Positions 1 through 9,077 of a stretch of 32,000 nucleotides of DNA are shown piece after piece; position 1 is the first letter of the stretch; each line of letters starts with the position of its first letter. The DNA lies in the NCBI GenBank assembly GCA_003144275.1, contig NJBF01000030.1, forward strand, positions 25,586 to 57,585. Direction: 5' to 3'. A program made the translations under genes and the position numbers. The stretch is from Candidatus Heimdallarchaeota archaeon B3_Heim. GTDB taxonomy: Archaea; Asgardarchaeota; Heimdallarchaeia; Hodarchaeales; Hodarchaeaceae. Under the pieces are notes generated by a model. It did no database searches, had not been told where the DNA came from, and saw only the letters and a program-made list of their open reading frames with translations.

Positions 1-932
1 GAGACATCAATATAATTCGCTTGGAAATCAGATTTTTTGATTCCTCTATCTTTTAATTCTCTCATAAGATCAAGTAGCGCCAATTGGCGAGTAACCTCAT
101 GATCACAGTATTGAGGTAGATCATTTATGTCCTGAATTCCTTTTAATTCAACTCGTGCTCCACCAGTTATTGAAATGTTAACATCTTGACGAACAGACCC
201 AATCCCTCTTCGTGCAATCCCCAACACTCTAATTCCCAGGCCAAGCAGTAATCCTATATTCTGTAAAGCAAAAGGATCGTGACAATCTAAATGATTCGTA
301 ATAATTTCTGTTAAAGGAATTCCTAACCGATCAAGATTATAATAAACAGTACGAGACGCTCTATCATGGAAATTTACTCTTCGTGCAGCATCCTCTTCTA
401 TTAATACGTTATTAATCCTAATTTTTTTGTCTTGGAAATTTATGAATCCATCACGAGCAATAATTGTTGTACGCTGAAAACCTGTTGTGATAGAGCCATC
501 CAAGTATTGCTTTCTGTTAAATATCACTTCATTTACTGGAGATTCACAATTTAAGAACCTTGCAAGTAAAAATCCTTTGGTTATGATATTATGACACGGT
601 GGGAAAGGAGGTGTCTCATCCATCTCATACGTACAAATATTATCTCCAAAAGTTTCATAAATTACACGATATTGCTTTTCAAACTCTACCAGCATCCCAG
701 CATCGAAATCTCCAAGTTCACCAAGTACAGGTCGGAAGTATCGCTCAAAATGAAAGTCACTACGAGCTGTAGAAGGTACCAGAACTGCAGGACAATGGCA
801 AAATAATTTTCGTTCAGACTGTAATTGTGCATGTATCTCCAAACCTGCACAAAAACCTAGTTCTTCATAATTATAATTGAAAGATTTTACTGACGGGGCT
901 TGCACTATCTGTCCTACCCAATTTTTGTACAT
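1..932 (-). CDS. gatE: Glu-tRNA(Gln) amidotransferase subunit E, 5' part only (runs off the left edge; missing from the ORF track)
   Basis: Manual translation of the minus strand gives GLEIHAQL..LFCHC, TYEMDETPP, RKQYLDGSITTGFQRT, EEDAAR, LDRLGIPLTEI and RRGIGSVRQDVNISITGGARVELKGIQ, all matching GatE motifs. Start is ATG at 932 or GTG at 905. No stop codon inside the window. Confidence 0.92.
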   Translation of the reverse strand, partial: MYKNWVGQIVQAPSVKSFNYNYEELGFCAGLEIHAQLQSERKLFCHCPAVLVPSTARSDFHFERYFRPVLGELGDFDAGMLVEFEKQYRVIYETFGDNICTYEMDETPPFPPCHNIITKGFLLARFLNCESPVNEVIFNRKQYLDGSITTGFQRTTIIARDGFINFQDKKIRINNVLIEEDAARRVNFHDRASRTVYYNLDRLGIPLTEIITNHLDCHDPFALQNIGLLLGLGIRVLGIARRGIGSVRQDVNISITGGARVELKGIQDINDLPQYCDHEVTRQLALLDLMRELKDRGIKKSDFQANYIDV

Positions 933-1125
933 TTTTAATATCGGATTGCTGCTGATTACCTGTAGCAAAATCAAACTTGGTTTTTCTGAATAAAAGCATA
1001 TAAAATTAAGCTTTTAAATCCATGAATACATCCTTCAATCAGATACTTACATCTTTCAATATTTCCAATCTTTTTACTTAAGATTTACAGCATAATATGT
1101 TCTGTCTCGGGAGATACACTTAATA

Positions 1126-2226
1126 ATGCCCAAAAGGAAACAAAAGTTTATTCATTTAGCTTTTACAACTGCGGAATGTAGACGAATAATTAAAAAAACA
1201 GGGATAAAACGTGTATCACAGAATGCCGCTGTAGCTTTAAATAAACTACTCACATACAAAGCTAGAGAAATAGCTGCTGGAGCAGTTGCCAGAAGTGGTG
1301 AAAGAAATGCTCAAACTGTTTCAGCTGATGACATTACTTATGCAGTTCGTATGGGATCTCCCGTAGCAGGATATGAAGTTGATAGTGCAGCTCCTGTGGT
1401 GCATTATGTTTGGTTTATATCGTCTGCTGGTACCTGCTTGCTTTCTCGCTCATATTCTGGATTAAAATTTCCTGATACTATTTTTGCTGGTCTGGTAACT
1501 GGTATAGTTGATTTGCTGGCTGAGGTTACTGGAAGATTGCTTGATAAAATTACTACAGACGAATTAGTTATTCATATCCGTAGAATAGGAGAAATGACTG
1601 TAGCAGTTATTTGTGATAGTGAGCAAACCGAACCCATTGATGAATTAACGGATTTACTTGCGCTTCGATTTTCAGACGTTTTTACAGAAGAAATTAACCA
1701 AGAAGTAATAGATGTGGGAATATTTGAAGATTTTACACCAGTTTTAGACGCTTTAGTTTCTGGTGCAGGATTGAACATCCCCAAAGGAAGACTGAAAGTA
1801 ATAGGTGAGCAGCAACTACGTCTTACAGATAAACAACTTGAAGAAACTGTCGATGCTGCTGCTTTAAGGCAAGAACTACGTCGTGCGCACGAATCCATCC
1901 AAGATTTTGGATTATTCAGGAGAGAAGTGGACGAAGAAGATTTAACGACTACTGATGTTGATTTGGATTTTGATGAGTCACCAGATGTGTCTGAAATAAA
2001 AGCTGTATTACGTCAAGCGTCGAAAGATATTCGACAAGAGATAAAATCCAATGACATTCCAGAAAATCACGAACTACCAAGTACAGAACAGGTAACTTCG
2101 AAAGACATTAGAGAAGAAGTGGCGAAGGATTTATCTGAAATTATTCAGCTGGAAAGCGAAGAACAGGTGATCAAAAAACCAACAAAGAAGAAAAAGAGAA
2201 AAAAATCACGAAAAAGACGTAAATAG
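1126..2226 (+). CDS. Histone-fold / longin-domain fusion protein with acidic C-terminal region and basic tail
   Basis: aa ~12-76 (FTTAECRRIIKKTGIKRVSQNAAVALNKLL...EIAAGAV...QTVSADDITYAV) align by eye with HMf-type archaeal histones. aa ~91-211 (VHYVWFISSAGTCLLSRSY...IFAGLVTGIVDLLAEV...FEDFTPVLDALV) follow the longin pattern. C-terminus is KKPTKKKKRKKSRKRRK. Confidence 0.8.
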   Translation: MPKRKQKFIHLAFTTAECRRIIKKTGIKRVSQNAAVALNKLLTYKAREIAAGAVARSGERNAQTVSADDITYAVRMGSPVAGYEVDSAAPVVHYVWFISSAGTCLLSRSYSGLKFPDTIFAGLVTGIVDLLAEVTGRLLDKITTDELVIHIRRIGEMTVAVICDSEQTEPIDELTDLLALRFSDVFTEEINQEVIDVGIFEDFTPVLDALVSGAGLNIPKGRLKVIGEQQLRLTDKQLEETVDAAALRQELRRAHESIQDFGLFRREVDEEDLTTTDVDLDFDESPDVSEIKAVLRQASKDIRQEIKSNDIPENHELPSTEQVTSKDIREEVAKDLSEIIQLESEEQVIKKPTKKKKRKKSRKRRK

Positions 2227-2238
2227 AATTCAGTACGT

Positions 2239-4866
2239 TTATAGTAATTTTTCCCACTGTTTTTGCGTAATACCATAAATTTTGAAGACAATTTCATCCA
2301 TAATTCTTTGATTATGGTTAAGGAAAGCGTGATACTTTTCAAGATCTTTTAGGAGGAATGATAGGTTCATTCTAGTAGTTTTAGAAAGAGCTGAGAACTT
2401 TTCTGGATTTTTACAGAAATGGAACAATCTTTTTTGCGAACTAAAAGGGAATACTTCAGAATTGGATTTGACTAACTTCCATATTTTCTCATAAATATTA
2501 GAAACATTGCTCCCAATTTGTATATTTTCTTGCGTTTTAACTTCTAATTGCTTAATTCTTTGAACTTGAAGGTTTGTACTATTTTTTAAGCTAATTATTG
2601 GAAAATGATTCATATCCCTAATTCGAATTTGTGGATATCGATTTCCTTCAGTTCCCGATGTACGAATTATATTTAACTCTTCTCCCAACCAATTCCCAAG
2701 AGCTGATGTAAGTATCCCAACTATCAAATATGGAGAATAAGGTGTTTGGATATTATAGATTGTATGGAGATTCCTCAATCCGAAAAACCCCTTTTCATCA
2801 TAATTTACAATAAATTTTGAAGCAGTTTGACGGACTAATATTTTTGGTTCAGTAAATCTTTCTTTCTCACCTGAAATTAAAAGGACTTCTTTATTTCCAA
2901 CTTTTGAACGATTCAAGTTATTCATTCGAAGATAATCTTCATAATCCTTTGAGAATCTAACGAAGGAATTTTTCATTCCTGAAACCCAAAAAGTTACAAA
3001 AGACTGTGGTAATCCATTAGCTCCATCTATCACTCGATACATATCACTAGATAGCGTATTGGATAGAAAATGAGATTTAAGCATACTTCCATATTCCAAA
3101 CCACAGGAAATCTTTGAGATGTCTCCCAATTTAATGACTACACTATTGATTTGATTAAGAATTTCACGGGTAGCCACTTTTCGGTAAATCTTTAAGATAA
3201 AATTTGGGTGATCACTAAAATGACTTGTGGATTCAATTTTAGGGTCATAATTCAGGTTCTTTTGGCCTAAAAATGATATAGAGTCCTTTTTATGATCCTT
3301 AGAGTTTTCTAATATTAGAATAGATAAGTCTACTACTGCTTGTTTATATTTGTAATTTTCAAGCAAGTAGATCAAAGTATACTTCTCCAATAACGTTTTA
3401 CGTATTTCAATGTACGAAGATAGATCAAGAAAGGAATGATCAATAACAAAACTCACGATCCCATCATTTAAACGTGAAGAATAGCGTAATGCTAAACCAA
3501 GAAACATAATGTAAAGATTATCACGCTTTCCCATGAATTTGGGGATCATTTGTTTGAGGATTTTCCTAATATCAGGGGGTATAACCTTTTGTGAAAATCG
3601 TCCTGATAATGGAATATAGGGGGGATTTGAAAGAATTAAATCATATCTAGGATGAGGAATGTTATTCTTATAATTATTGGACATATGAAGTAAGAAATTC
3701 TTTTTCTGTAAATTATTTAAATTTTCAGGCAAATCATTAGATAGATTAAGGTACAAATTAATAATATTTTTAGAAAAATTTATGATTTTTTCATCAATGT
3801 CAAATCCAAAGAAGGAAGATAAAAATAACTCTTTTCTGAGCTTTAAAAGTGAACTAAAGTGAAGTTGATCTTCGCGTTGGAGGACTTGATTAACTAGCCA
3901 TTCCAATGCTACAATAAGAATCAATCCAGTACCAGAAGCTGGATCTAGAATCTTCAATTTCTTGATGTTGTTGATTGAGGATATCTTGCTAGTTTTTATC
4001 TTATTAAAGGAGTGAGAAACCAATGGAAACGTAAGTTCTAAAGGGGTAAAATATTGACCTCTTAATTTGTCAATATTTAGCTGTAAGGGAGGATATTCAA
4101 GTAGGTGGATTAATGTGAGATCAAGAAGATCTACATAAGATAATTCAACGACTTGTTCAATAAGAATTTTCTTTTGTAGTAAGGCTAAAAAACGTGTAAT
4201 GTCGATATTAGTTGGATGTGTATCACTCTGAAGTTCAATCATTTCAAAATCGTTTAGAGTTTGTGAGTAACTCATAAAAAAGTCATTTGGAGAAGTAAAT
4301 CCTCGTAAACGATCCAATTTAGGAGTATCACCGTTTTTATGTAAACTACTTTTTCGTACAAACTCAATAATCTTTAAAAATACGCTAAAGCCATTTTGAT
4401 ATGATTCTAAACGAATTTTGTCATTATAAACCTCAAGAATCCCTGGGTTAATGAAAATTGAGGCAAGAAGCAGTGACACGAGGTTTTTAGGAATAATCGA
4501 CCAGCAAATAATGAAGTCGTGTGACATTGAAAAGATTAGAGTCTCATTAGTTGAAATGACAATGATCCAATCAGGAATCCCCTGAGTGATCAATTTCTTT
4601 CTAAGAAACTGAATAATTCTCAGATTTTTATAATTAAATAATTCTTGAGCAGAAATATTCGAAATGAGAATCCCCACATGTGATTTAATCCAAAAATTAC
4701 CAATATTCTTTAGATTTTCAGATGGAAAACCGAGTAAATTATTGAAGTTCTTAGCTTCAATATTCTGAATGGTTGCATGAAATTCTGAATTTTGTTCAGA
4801 ATCTGGATTCTCTTTTTCTAATATTAACTGATCCTCAATGAGTTTAATCTGTGCGTTAAGAGGCAT
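2239..4866 (-). CDS. N6-adenine DNA methyltransferase, Eco57I/TaqI-like (gamma class) with C-terminal target-recognition domain
   Basis: Motif X GQYFTP, motif I ILDPASGTG, motif IV NPPY, and TaqI_C-like FTEPKILVRQTA. No clear PD-(D/E)xK nuclease motif in the N-terminus. Confidence 0.88.
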   Translation of the reverse strand: MPLNAQIKLIEDQLILEKENPDSEQNSEFHATIQNIEAKNFNNLLGFPSENLKNIGNFWIKSHVGILISNISAQELFNYKNLRIIQFLRKKLITQGIPDWIIVISTNETLIFSMSHDFIICWSIIPKNLVSLLLASIFINPGILEVYNDKIRLESYQNGFSVFLKIIEFVRKSSLHKNGDTPKLDRLRGFTSPNDFFMSYSQTLNDFEMIELQSDTHPTNIDITRFLALLQKKILIEQVVELSYVDLLDLTLIHLLEYPPLQLNIDKLRGQYFTPLELTFPLVSHSFNKIKTSKISSINNIKKLKILDPASGTGLILIVALEWLVNQVLQREDQLHFSSLLKLRKELFLSSFFGFDIDEKIINFSKNIINLYLNLSNDLPENLNNLQKKNFLLHMSNNYKNNIPHPRYDLILSNPPYIPLSGRFSQKVIPPDIRKILKQMIPKFMGKRDNLYIMFLGLALRYSSRLNDGIVSFVIDHSFLDLSSYIEIRKTLLEKYTLIYLLENYKYKQAVVDLSILILENSKDHKKDSISFLGQKNLNYDPKIESTSHFSDHPNFILKIYRKVATREILNQINSVVIKLGDISKISCGLEYGSMLKSHFLSNTLSSDMYRVIDGANGLPQSFVTFWVSGMKNSFVRFSKDYEDYLRMNNLNRSKVGNKEVLLISGEKERFTEPKILVRQTASKFIVNYDEKGFFGLRNLHTIYNIQTPYSPYLIVGILTSALGNWLGEELNIIRTSGTEGNRYPQIRIRDMNHFPIISLKNSTNLQVQRIKQLEVKTQENIQIGSNVSNIYEKIWKLVKSNSEVFPFSSQKRLFHFCKNPEKFSALSKTTRMNLSFLLKDLEKYHAFLNHNQRIMDEIVFKIYGITQKQWEKLL

Positions 4867-4916
4867 TGCAGGTAGAAGAGGTAGTGCAATATAAGATTTA
4901 ACTAGTAAAACCTCCT

Positions 4917-6662
4917 CTAATTAGTAGATACTTCTTTTTCTGTTTCAGTTTTAATTTTAGAATAGAAATTACTCGCCAGGTTTCTTATTGTCCTATCTGA
5001 ATCGTGAAGAATAATATGCTCTAATACAGTAAGAATTTCTGCTTGTCTCTCTTCCTCTTCTAAACCTGCTTTCCCTAGTTGTTGAATTGCATCCATTCTT
5101 ATTATATAATTCTTTGAGGTACTCGCTTGCTTCAGTAAATCAATTAAAATGGACCCATTTTCATTTATACTCAATTTTTCCTCAGGGGGTATCATTAAAG
5201 GTAAATCTATCGTTACTTGACATCCTTGGTTGAATCCTTCAGATTCAATTTCGAACAAACCACCATGATCAGTTATTACTTGTTTTGCCAAGAATACTCC
5301 TAAACCTAGTTGACTGGCGGATGAGTGGAATGTCATGAAGGGTTCCCCTATATATTGTAGGTTCTCCTGATTAATTCCAACACCTGTATCCTTACAGGTT
5401 AATCTAATTATTTTATCTTTTTCAATGTTTAATGCAATTTCCACTGTACCATGACCCGTAAATCTTATCGCATTTTCAAAAATATTCCTTAAAGCTTGTA
5501 ACATGCGTATACGATCGACATTGATAACAAAAGGCGTTGTCGGGTATTCAATAACCAAGTGAACTCGGTATCGTTTCAAAATAAATTCAAGTCCGTCAAT
5601 TGCTTGTTGAACAATTGGCACAAAATCCTCTAACATAAGTGTACATTTAAATTTACCCATTCTGACTGCAGCAATGTCATTTAAATCGTTGACAATGGTT
5701 TCTAATTGTGAAAGATTTCGTCCAAACGCAGTTAACAGATTATTTTCCAATATCCCTTTTTCATCATCTGTAATACCATTTACTAATCGTGAATTGTAAA
5801 AATCCAGATGCCCACGAAGATTGCTTATCGGTGTTCGAAGTGTATGCTGGGAAAGTGTAAGAAAGTCGAATTTCATATCTGTTAACTGTTTGACAGGAGT
5901 TAAATCTACCATAATTCCTTGTACTATTGCGGTATTCCCAATATATAGTTTTTTAACGCTAGCCATGACAGGTATCCGAGTACCATCTTTACACAGTAAT
6001 TCTAGCTCTGTTGTTTCATAAGGAGAAACAAACTGTGTATCAATCGTATCTTCATCGATTTTTCCTGTAATTAAATCTCTTTTTGTTTCTAACAAATAAG
6101 CAGCAATTTTAGCTCTGTGTTCGGGAGAAACGAAAAATGTAGGGAGGAACTTCCTCTCTTCAATCTCCTCTTCAGTATATCCTAATTTTTCAATGAATGC
6201 TTGACTATACCAATCGATTATCCCATTCTTGAAGATAAAGAGGAAGTTAGGAGATTTACTAAATAAATCGTGAAATTGTTTTTGTTGTGAATCGAGATCA
6301 GCTCTTATTTGCATAAGCTTCCCAATATGCCGTATAAGGAGTAGGTCATATCTTTCACTAATAGACGAAACTCTTACTTGAATCCAAGTCGTACTACCGT
6401 CTGGTAATAGTGCTTGCCATTCGGATTCCCTGGGAAGGGGAATATCTTTATTTGAAACTGTTCGTGCGAATTTCTCTTTATCTGAAAGAGCAAGGAATTG
6501 AACAAACTGTTCAATAGAAAGGTTTTTGTGAGATGTAGGAATCTTGAGGTCTAACCGTGCTTTTGTATTTGCATAGTAAACTTGTCTATCCTTCAATACA
6601 ACGATTCCAGCAGGCAATTTATCAAGAAAATCTGCATCAAAAGGTGGATCTAGGGAAGTCAC
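4917..6662 (-). CDS. PAS-PAS sensor histidine kinase (HisKA + HATPase_c) with C-terminal HEAT-like helices
   Basis: Two PAS-like segments, H-box SQHTLRTP, N-box NIFENAIRFT, G1 DTGVGI, F-box EPF and G2 QLGLGV. The tail IRMDAIQQLGK...DSDRTIRNLA is HEAT-like. No transmembrane segments, so probably cytoplasmic. Confidence 0.9.
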   Translation of the reverse strand: MTSLDPPFDADFLDKLPAGIVVLKDRQVYYANTKARLDLKIPTSHKNLSIEQFVQFLALSDKEKFARTVSNKDIPLPRESEWQALLPDGSTTWIQVRVSSISERYDLLLIRHIGKLMQIRADLDSQQKQFHDLFSKSPNFLFIFKNGIIDWYSQAFIEKLGYTEEEIEERKFLPTFFVSPEHRAKIAAYLLETKRDLITGKIDEDTIDTQFVSPYETTELELLCKDGTRIPVMASVKKLYIGNTAIVQGIMVDLTPVKQLTDMKFDFLTLSQHTLRTPISNLRGHLDFYNSRLVNGITDDEKGILENNLLTAFGRNLSQLETIVNDLNDIAAVRMGKFKCTLMLEDFVPIVQQAIDGLEFILKRYRVHLVIEYPTTPFVINVDRIRMLQALRNIFENAIRFTGHGTVEIALNIEKDKIIRLTCKDTGVGINQENLQYIGEPFMTFHSSASQLGLGVFLAKQVITDHGGLFEIESEGFNQGCQVTIDLPLMIPPEEKLSINENGSILIDLLKQASTSKNYIIRMDAIQQLGKAGLEEEERQAEILTVLEHIILHDSDRTIRNLASNFYSKIKTETEKEVSTN

Positions 6663-6814
6663 GATTTTTACATTCCTCTTGGAGAATTTCTAGACAAGAG
6701 ATAGATTGTATATAGTACTTTCTTCGCAATTAACATACTTTTTAAAACATACTTCGACTTGTATGAACTAAACTTTCTTTCAATTTTATTATGCTAACCA
6801 GGAAATGATCAATA

Positions 6815-7453
6815 ATGAGTCTCGATGAAAAATTAAAATCTTTGGAACTTCAAAGGAATTACAGTGAGATGATTAACGAACTTCGGATAAATGAAAGCGC
6901 TATGACTCTATGGTACGCTAAGCTAAGCTCACTTATGGCCGAAGAACGTCCACAGATAGCTGGAATGTTACAATCGTTAGAAGAAATCTCACAGACAATA
7001 ACAACTCTTCTTAGAAAATGTACAATGTTCATGGATGAACATTTCTCTCCAGTTCCAGTTGAGATTGCAGCATCAACTACCATTAGTGCCCCTACCCCTG
7101 ATTTATCAAAGCGAGAACGCGATGATGTTTTTTCACTTGGCTCATTACGTACCCTAGCTCAGACTTTGCCTCAGAAGGAAATAGATAAGGAAAAAGCACA
7201 ATCAGTTAAATTTTGGTATATTACTGGTGGTGGGAAAAGCGAAGCATTAGACCTTACGTTTTCAGAAAAAGATTATTTTACTAATGTTTTAATATCGGTT
7301 CTCACTCAAATCGAGGGAATAACAGACAATGAAGAGTTCTCTGTATCCCCATTAGGTTTCAATCCTTTACTTCTTCCTCAGTTTGAAAGCTCATTAGATC
7401 AAATTCTTACTTCATATGCGAATGAATTTACCCTCATTAAATTTTATCCTTAA
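6815..7453 (+). CDS. Hypothetical protein (N-terminal coiled coil, C-terminal alpha/beta domain)
   Basis: 212-aa ORF with ATG start filling the gap between the kinase and zupT; no recognised motif. Confidence 0.65.
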   Translation: MSLDEKLKSLELQRNYSEMINELRINESAMTLWYAKLSSLMAEERPQIAGMLQSLEEISQTITTLLRKCTMFMDEHFSPVPVEIAASTTISAPTPDLSKRERDDVFSLGSLRTLAQTLPQKEIDKEKAQSVKFWYITGGGKSEALDLTFSEKDYFTNVLISVLTQIEGITDNEEFSVSPLGFNPLLLPQFESSLDQILTSYANEFTLIKFYP

Positions 7454-7526
7454 AGTAATTCCAAAAGTTCAATATCTAGCTGGAAATGATTCTAATTCTC
7501 CTATAAAGGATGGAACACGGTAATCA

Positions 7527-7542
7527 TTCGTTTTAATACGAA
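7527..7542. promoter_or_regulatory. Imperfect palindrome upstream of zupT, possible metalloregulator operator
   Basis: TTCGTTTTAATACGAA matches its reverse complement at 14/16 positions and lies about 60 nt before the zupT ATG. Confidence 0.3.
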
Positions 7543-7601
7543 AGTTCACATTCGATAATTTCTTATTTCACTAGAGAACGCGTTCTGTTGAGAGTCTGTT
7601 A

Positions 7602-8402
7602 ATGGATCTAACCCCAGTTATTAATGGTTTGATACTAGCAACTTTAGCTGGATTATCAACCACAATTGGTGCGCTTGGGATTTATTTTATAAAAGCGGAA
7701 AGTAGATTCATTAGTATAGCGATGGGATTCTCTGCTGGTGTAATGATAGGCGTATCTATGCTTGAATTATTACCCTCTGCCCTTTTTGAAATTGGATTAT
7801 TCAAAGCAGGTATCTCATTTATTCTGGGTCTGTTAGCTGTATCGATCCTTGACATTTTAATACCGCATGACTATATGCACGAACATTCCTGTGATGACGA
7901 AGAGTCAAACAGGTTTAATGGAACAAAGAATAGACTAGGACGAACAGGACGACTTGTGGCTGTAGGTATTGCAATTTATAACTTACCAGAAGGATTCATC
8001 ACCCTTTCTGGAGCTTTTTACTCAACAGAGCTGGGAATATTATTAGCAGTCGCGATCTCAATGCATAATATACCAGAGGGGTTATCTGTAGCCGTACCTA
8101 TCTATGCATCAACAAATGATAAGCGAGAAGCTTTCAAAATATCTTTTTTATCTGGTTTAGCAGAACCTTTAGGTGCAATTATAGCTACTGTTGTATTATT
8201 AACTTTCGGGTTGACAACAGATGAATTTATTCAAATGGCATTAGCCTTTGTTGCAGGAATTATGTTATTTATATCTTTAGACGAACTACTACCATCCGCT
8301 AGGGAAACTTGTAAGGAAAATGAAAGTGATTCGCATATAGTTACGCTTGGGATTATTGCAGGGGTTACGGTTATATTCTTGACTTTGGTAGCATTGACTT
8401 AA
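7602..8402 (+). CDS. zupT: ZIP-family divalent metal (zinc) transporter
   Basis: Multiple TM helices, LAGLSTTIG, GFSAGVM, His-rich loop HDYMHEH, YNLPEG and HNIPEG motifs, SGLAEPLG, AGIMLFISLDELLP. Confidence 0.93.
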   Translation: MDLTPVINGLILATLAGLSTTIGALGIYFIKAESRFISIAMGFSAGVMIGVSMLELLPSALFEIGLFKAGISFILGLLAVSILDILIPHDYMHEHSCDDEESNRFNGTKNRLGRTGRLVAVGIAIYNLPEGFITLSGAFYSTELGILLAVAISMHNIPEGLSVAVPIYASTNDKREAFKISFLSGLAEPLGAIIATVVLLTFGLTTDEFIQMALAFVAGIMLFISLDELLPSARETCKENESDSHIVTLGIIAGVTVIFLTLVALT

Positions 8403-8508
8403 TGCGTACCTTACTTTTCATTTAGCTTCGTCCTAAGCCACAATAAATAATAAATAGACATAATTAATTAGAGGTTAATTAGCAAAATTATCTGTGAGTC
8501 ATTAACCA

Positions 8509-9015
8509 GTGAAAGATCTTCAGACAATCTTGAGAGAAATCATGAGAGAAGGGAAAAAAAGCCCTGGGGAATGGAAAAGTATAGCTGCTCCAACACGTGG
8601 TAATACAGGTACAGATTTGCTTTTGTTCCATCCAATATCAGGACCAATATTTCAGGTACGTGCCTATGAAAAGAATCCTTACCAAATGCAAGGAATAGGT
8701 ACACGAATCTCGCGTTCAATTGATGAGGATTTTTTAAAACTCATTGATAAGCGAAAACAATCAGGAGATCTAGGAATTCTAGATTTAAACTTTAAATTAC
8801 TTCAAAGGTCGATGAAAGAAGGGGGGAACATTGATAAAATCCTATTTAATGCTCTAACTGGCCAAAAAAATCAAGGGATTGATTATCTTAATCTCGGGAA
8901 CTCTTTTACTCGTCCTCAGAACCCCCTTCCACTTTTAACCGATGAGCAAAAACGATTAGACAAAGAATTTAAGCGTCTAGTAAAAAGAGATGGAAAAGAT
9001 TCTATGTTTGGTTAA
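8509..9015 (+). CDS. Conserved archaeal hypothetical protein
   Basis: 168-aa ORF with GTG start. W..IA.....G.DL...HP....Q...Y.KNP....G.G..I.R.ID resembles, from memory, an uncharacterised haloarchaeal family. Confidence 0.65.
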   Translation: MKDLQTILREIMREGKKSPGEWKSIAAPTRGNTGTDLLLFHPISGPIFQVRAYEKNPYQMQGIGTRISRSIDEDFLKLIDKRKQSGDLGILDLNFKLLQRSMKEGGNIDKILFNALTGQKNQGIDYLNLGNSFTRPQNPLPLLTDEQKRLDKEFKRLVKRDGKDSMFG

Positions 9016-9077
9016 AACTTTTTTCCAAAAGACTTTCAAATAAAATGAGGGCAATGACCCAATCAGTGATCTAAGAT

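Noticed and set aside
591-806. 71-aa plus-strand ORF
   Set aside because: Antisense shadow of gatE, which has strong motifs on the minus strand.
1572-2342. Minus-strand ORFs 1572-1898 and 2145-2342
   Set aside because: Antisense to the histone-longin gene or overlapping the MTase end; no motifs.
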